Assembly (NCBI RefSeq): GCF_035285525.1
Contig: NZ_JAYKGW010000233.1
Location: 1 to 19,774, forward strand
DNA length: 19,774 nucleotides
DNA from: Okeania sp.
GTDB taxonomy: Bacteria > Cyanobacteriota > Cyanobacteriia > Cyanobacteriales > Microcoleaceae
Direction of reading: 5' to 3'
Part shown: positions 17,271-19,774 of the stretch, piece by piece
Layout: every line of letters begins with the position of its first letter
How positions within the stretch are numbered: the first letter of the stretch is position 1
Position numbers and translations under genes: made by a program
The notes under the pieces: model-generated
Databases searched by the model: none
Told to the model about the DNA's origin: nothing
Seen by the model: the letters and a program-made list of their open reading frames with translations, nothing else

Positions 17271-17318
17271 AAATAACTATTAATTATTAATTATCCAAAA
17301 GGTTGTTAGTCATAATTA

Positions 17319-17365
17319 GTAACACAACCTTCGGTGGTTGTTACAGTAAACGAAGGCTCTGTTAC
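17319..17365. repeat. Second dispersed copy of the same double-hairpin element, ending 24 nt beyond the stop of the oxidoreductase gene
   Basis: gtaacacaaccttcggtggttgttacagtaaacgaaggctctgttac, which differs by 1 nt from the copy at 17224-17270. Confidence 0.85.
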
Positions 17366-17388
17366 AAATAATTATTAATTATTAGTTT

Positions 17389-19397
17389 CTATTTCCATTC
17401 ATCCCAAGAATTATTAAAAATAGAAGTTCCAGGAAAAGCAGTTGGATTCCCATTTTCCTGCAAAAAGCCTTGTAATTCCTCTAATTCCTTCTCTACCAAA
17501 GGAATTTCATCAACTAATTCATAAGGAAAAATACCCTTATCTAAAACAAAATCAATTGTTGTACCAGCAGCAGCACCAGCAGACCATTCAAAAGAATGAA
17601 CCCGATAAGCAGCAGCAGCAATATAACTCGTGGCAATAGTCTTTCCAGCTACCAACAAATTATCAATTTTTTGAGGAATCATTGCTCGTAAAGGAATTTG
17701 AAAAGGATAAGCAGAACCTTGACCTCTCCTAATACCTTCTCGTTCCCTATTACCTGGTGCTTCTGCTGGATTTTTGGTCATGCAAGGATGAAAATCTATC
17801 GCATAATGACCTATTCCTACGCTATCAGGAAACACAGTTGCTCTGACTCTTTGAGGAATATCTTCTGGTGACTTAGTGTCTACATTTTCCGCTATCAAAT
17901 TACCAACTACTTTTTGCAAAGACTCAAAACGCTCAGGTGATAAATTTTGCCGATAAAAATCATCCCGAAAATTCTTTTTGGCAATATCAACCTCATTTAC
18001 CATAAAACCATTGGGGCGAGTTTTCCCCACACGACCAATAATACGTCGCCCTTCCCGCATATAAGGATATTTCGATAACCCATGAGCTGTTCCCATGGGT
18101 GCATCAAACCCAGTTAAAAAACGATGGTTGGGATATTTTTTCTTCACCCCTTCCCCTAACTGGGAGTCGGTAGTTCCCTCAACCAACCAATAAAAATAAC
18201 CGAGAGCATTTTCTTCACCTCGACGGAGGGTTTCGGTGCGCAAACCTCCCATCCAACCACCTGGTTGCAGTTGCCCTGTAGCTTCCAGTTGCTTTCGACT
18301 ATAAATCAAGTTATCGTCTGGGTTTCCAGGGCGGTAGTCATTTCCCCAAGTCCAATTTTGCATGGAAATATCCCCAGGAAAAATAGTGCGTTCTTTGGCA
18401 CTAGGGGGTTGGGGTGCATCTGGTTCGACTGCCCAGATTTGCCGATATGTGAAAACTAAGTTGAAACTAGCTAATCTGGATAACTCATAACTATAGTAGG
18501 GAGCGTATATATCGTAAAATGGTGGTTTAATATGGGTTTGGGGTTTTTCGGTTGCCTCCATCGCGAAGGTGTAAGTAAAACCTTGAGTACAGTATGAGTC
18601 TGTACTGTCAACGGGCGATGAAGGGTTGAGGTGACTTTGGGGATCGATACCGAGACGATAAGGAACATCTGCTAGAGCAATAATTTCTCCGGTTTCGGTT
18701 GCTTCCACAACGTACCAGTCTGCACCACCTCTTTTTTCTGGAGATGGTTTGGGTACAAACTGAATTATGGTTTTATTAAATCTGGATGAGTTTTCGTAAC
18801 GGTAAGCATCTTCAATAGTTTGAGATAGGGGTTCCGTGTTTATGGGTGGAGTGTTTGGTGCTGGTTGATGTTGGATAGCGATCGCTCTGTTGATCTGATT
18901 ATTAGAAATGTCTAATTCTTTGACAACCGTATTAGGGAACCATTTTAATTCGCCTTTACCTTTTTTGGCAGCATCCTGTAACATCTGAAATAGAATACCA
19001 TGACCATCATAAGGCATAAAACAGGAGACACTGACCCAACAGTTGCCAGGATTTTGTCTACCATACTTTTTCTCAATGCGTTCCCGTAACTCTAGATAAC
19101 CACGGGGATAAAATAGGAGACTGCGTTGAGTTGGACGTTCGTCGAGAGCAGAAGTTCCTTGGGAGGAAATTTGACCGCCTACCCAGTCGGTAATTTCGGT
19201 CATACAAACGGTACGACCTGCTAATAGTGATTCGTAAGCGGTTGCTGCTCCTGCTAACCCACCACCGATGATTAAGATTTCGCAGGTTTCTTCTTGGTCT
19301 GGGGTACGAGGTGGTGCTGCTAAGGTGGGGGCGATAGTTGGAGTTAGGGAGAATATGCTGAGGATGAGACTAATTATTGGTTGTTTTTTTTTAGCAT
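17389..19397 (-). CDS. FAD-dependent oxidoreductase, probably secreted. The 5' end is either frameshifted relative to the ATG at 19397-19395 or uses a non-canonical start.
   Basis: The ORF-track start (19203) sits inside the protein. The same frame continues upstream, stop-free, to ~19404 and encodes ...ETCEILIIGGGLAGAATAYESLLAGRTVCMTEITDW... This is a classic beta-alpha-beta dinucleotide-binding GxGxxG motif (nt ~19240-19281), preceded by a hydrophobic signal-like segment (PIISLILSIFSLTPTIAPTLAAPP). That extension contains no ATG, GTG or TTG. An ATG at 19397-19395 is one base out of frame across an A9 run (19384-19392). Confidence 0.8.
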
Positions 19398-19496
19398 AAT
19401 ATTTAGGTTAGTTGTTAATAGACAGAAATTATAATACATTTTTCAGGATTTTCGCAAAGAAACCGGGTTTCTGGGTTCACTAATAATACATTTTTT

Positions 19497-19727
19497 AATT
19501 GTGGGGGCGGGTTTAATCACAGATTTTCCTAGTTCATCCCATATTTACCTAAACCCGCCCTTTTTTCTACAACATCAAAATATGGTATTGGCAGGTTTAC
19601 ATATTATGGGGGCGGGTTTAATCACAGATTTTCCTAGTTAAACCCAGATTTACCTAAACCCGCCCTTTTTTCTACAACATCAAAATCTGGTATTGGCGGG
19701 TTTACATATTGTGGGGGGCGGGTTTAT
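19497..19727. repeat. ~105-bp tandem repeat (about 2.1 units). Each unit holds a gggcgggttta...taaacccgccc inverted repeat followed by a T-run.
   Basis: gggggcgggtttaatcacagattttcctagtt recurs at ~19503 and ~19608, with a third start at ~19713. The array is bracketed by direct repeats aaagaaaccgggtttctgggttcactaataata at 19456 and 19741. Confidence 0.8.
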
Positions 19728-19774
19728 CTAGGATTTCCCCAAAGAAACCGGGTTTCTGGGTTCACTAATAATAA

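Overview
This window looks like filamentous (Nostocales-like) cyanobacterial chromosome. The evidence is overall AT-richness, several HIP1 octamers (GCGATCGC at about 584, 7127, 7313, 12257, 17091 and 18881), heptanucleotide tandem repeats, and many small hairpin or MITE-like dispersed repeats in the intergenic DNA. There are three blocks. (1) 40-5939, + strand: a tightly spaced four-gene candidate defence operon. It encodes a 702-aa multidomain protein (GNAT acetyltransferase, a PIN-like region, an unassigned middle region, and an ASCH/PUA-like C-terminus), a small stand-alone ASCH protein, a McrB-family AAA+ GTPase with an N-terminal domain I cannot assign, and a McrC-family PD-(D/E)xK nuclease. 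The mcrB and mcrC genes are unusually split by a decayed duplicate of the mcrB 3' end plus a MITE-like element. This is the most interesting part of the window. (2) 6975-16675: a fermentative carbon module made of long-form phosphate acetyltransferase (pta, - strand), divergent phosphoketolase (xfp) and bifunctional aldehyde/alcohol dehydrogenase (adhE). The genes are separated by long, repeat-packed intergenic regions. (3) 17389-19397, - strand: a probably secreted FAD-dependent oxidoreductase. Its Rossmann-motif N-terminus lies upstream of the ORF-track start and is out of frame with the only plausible ATG because of an A9 homopolymer. No tRNA, rRNA or CRISPR array was recognised. All domain calls come from motif recognition by eye; no searches were run.
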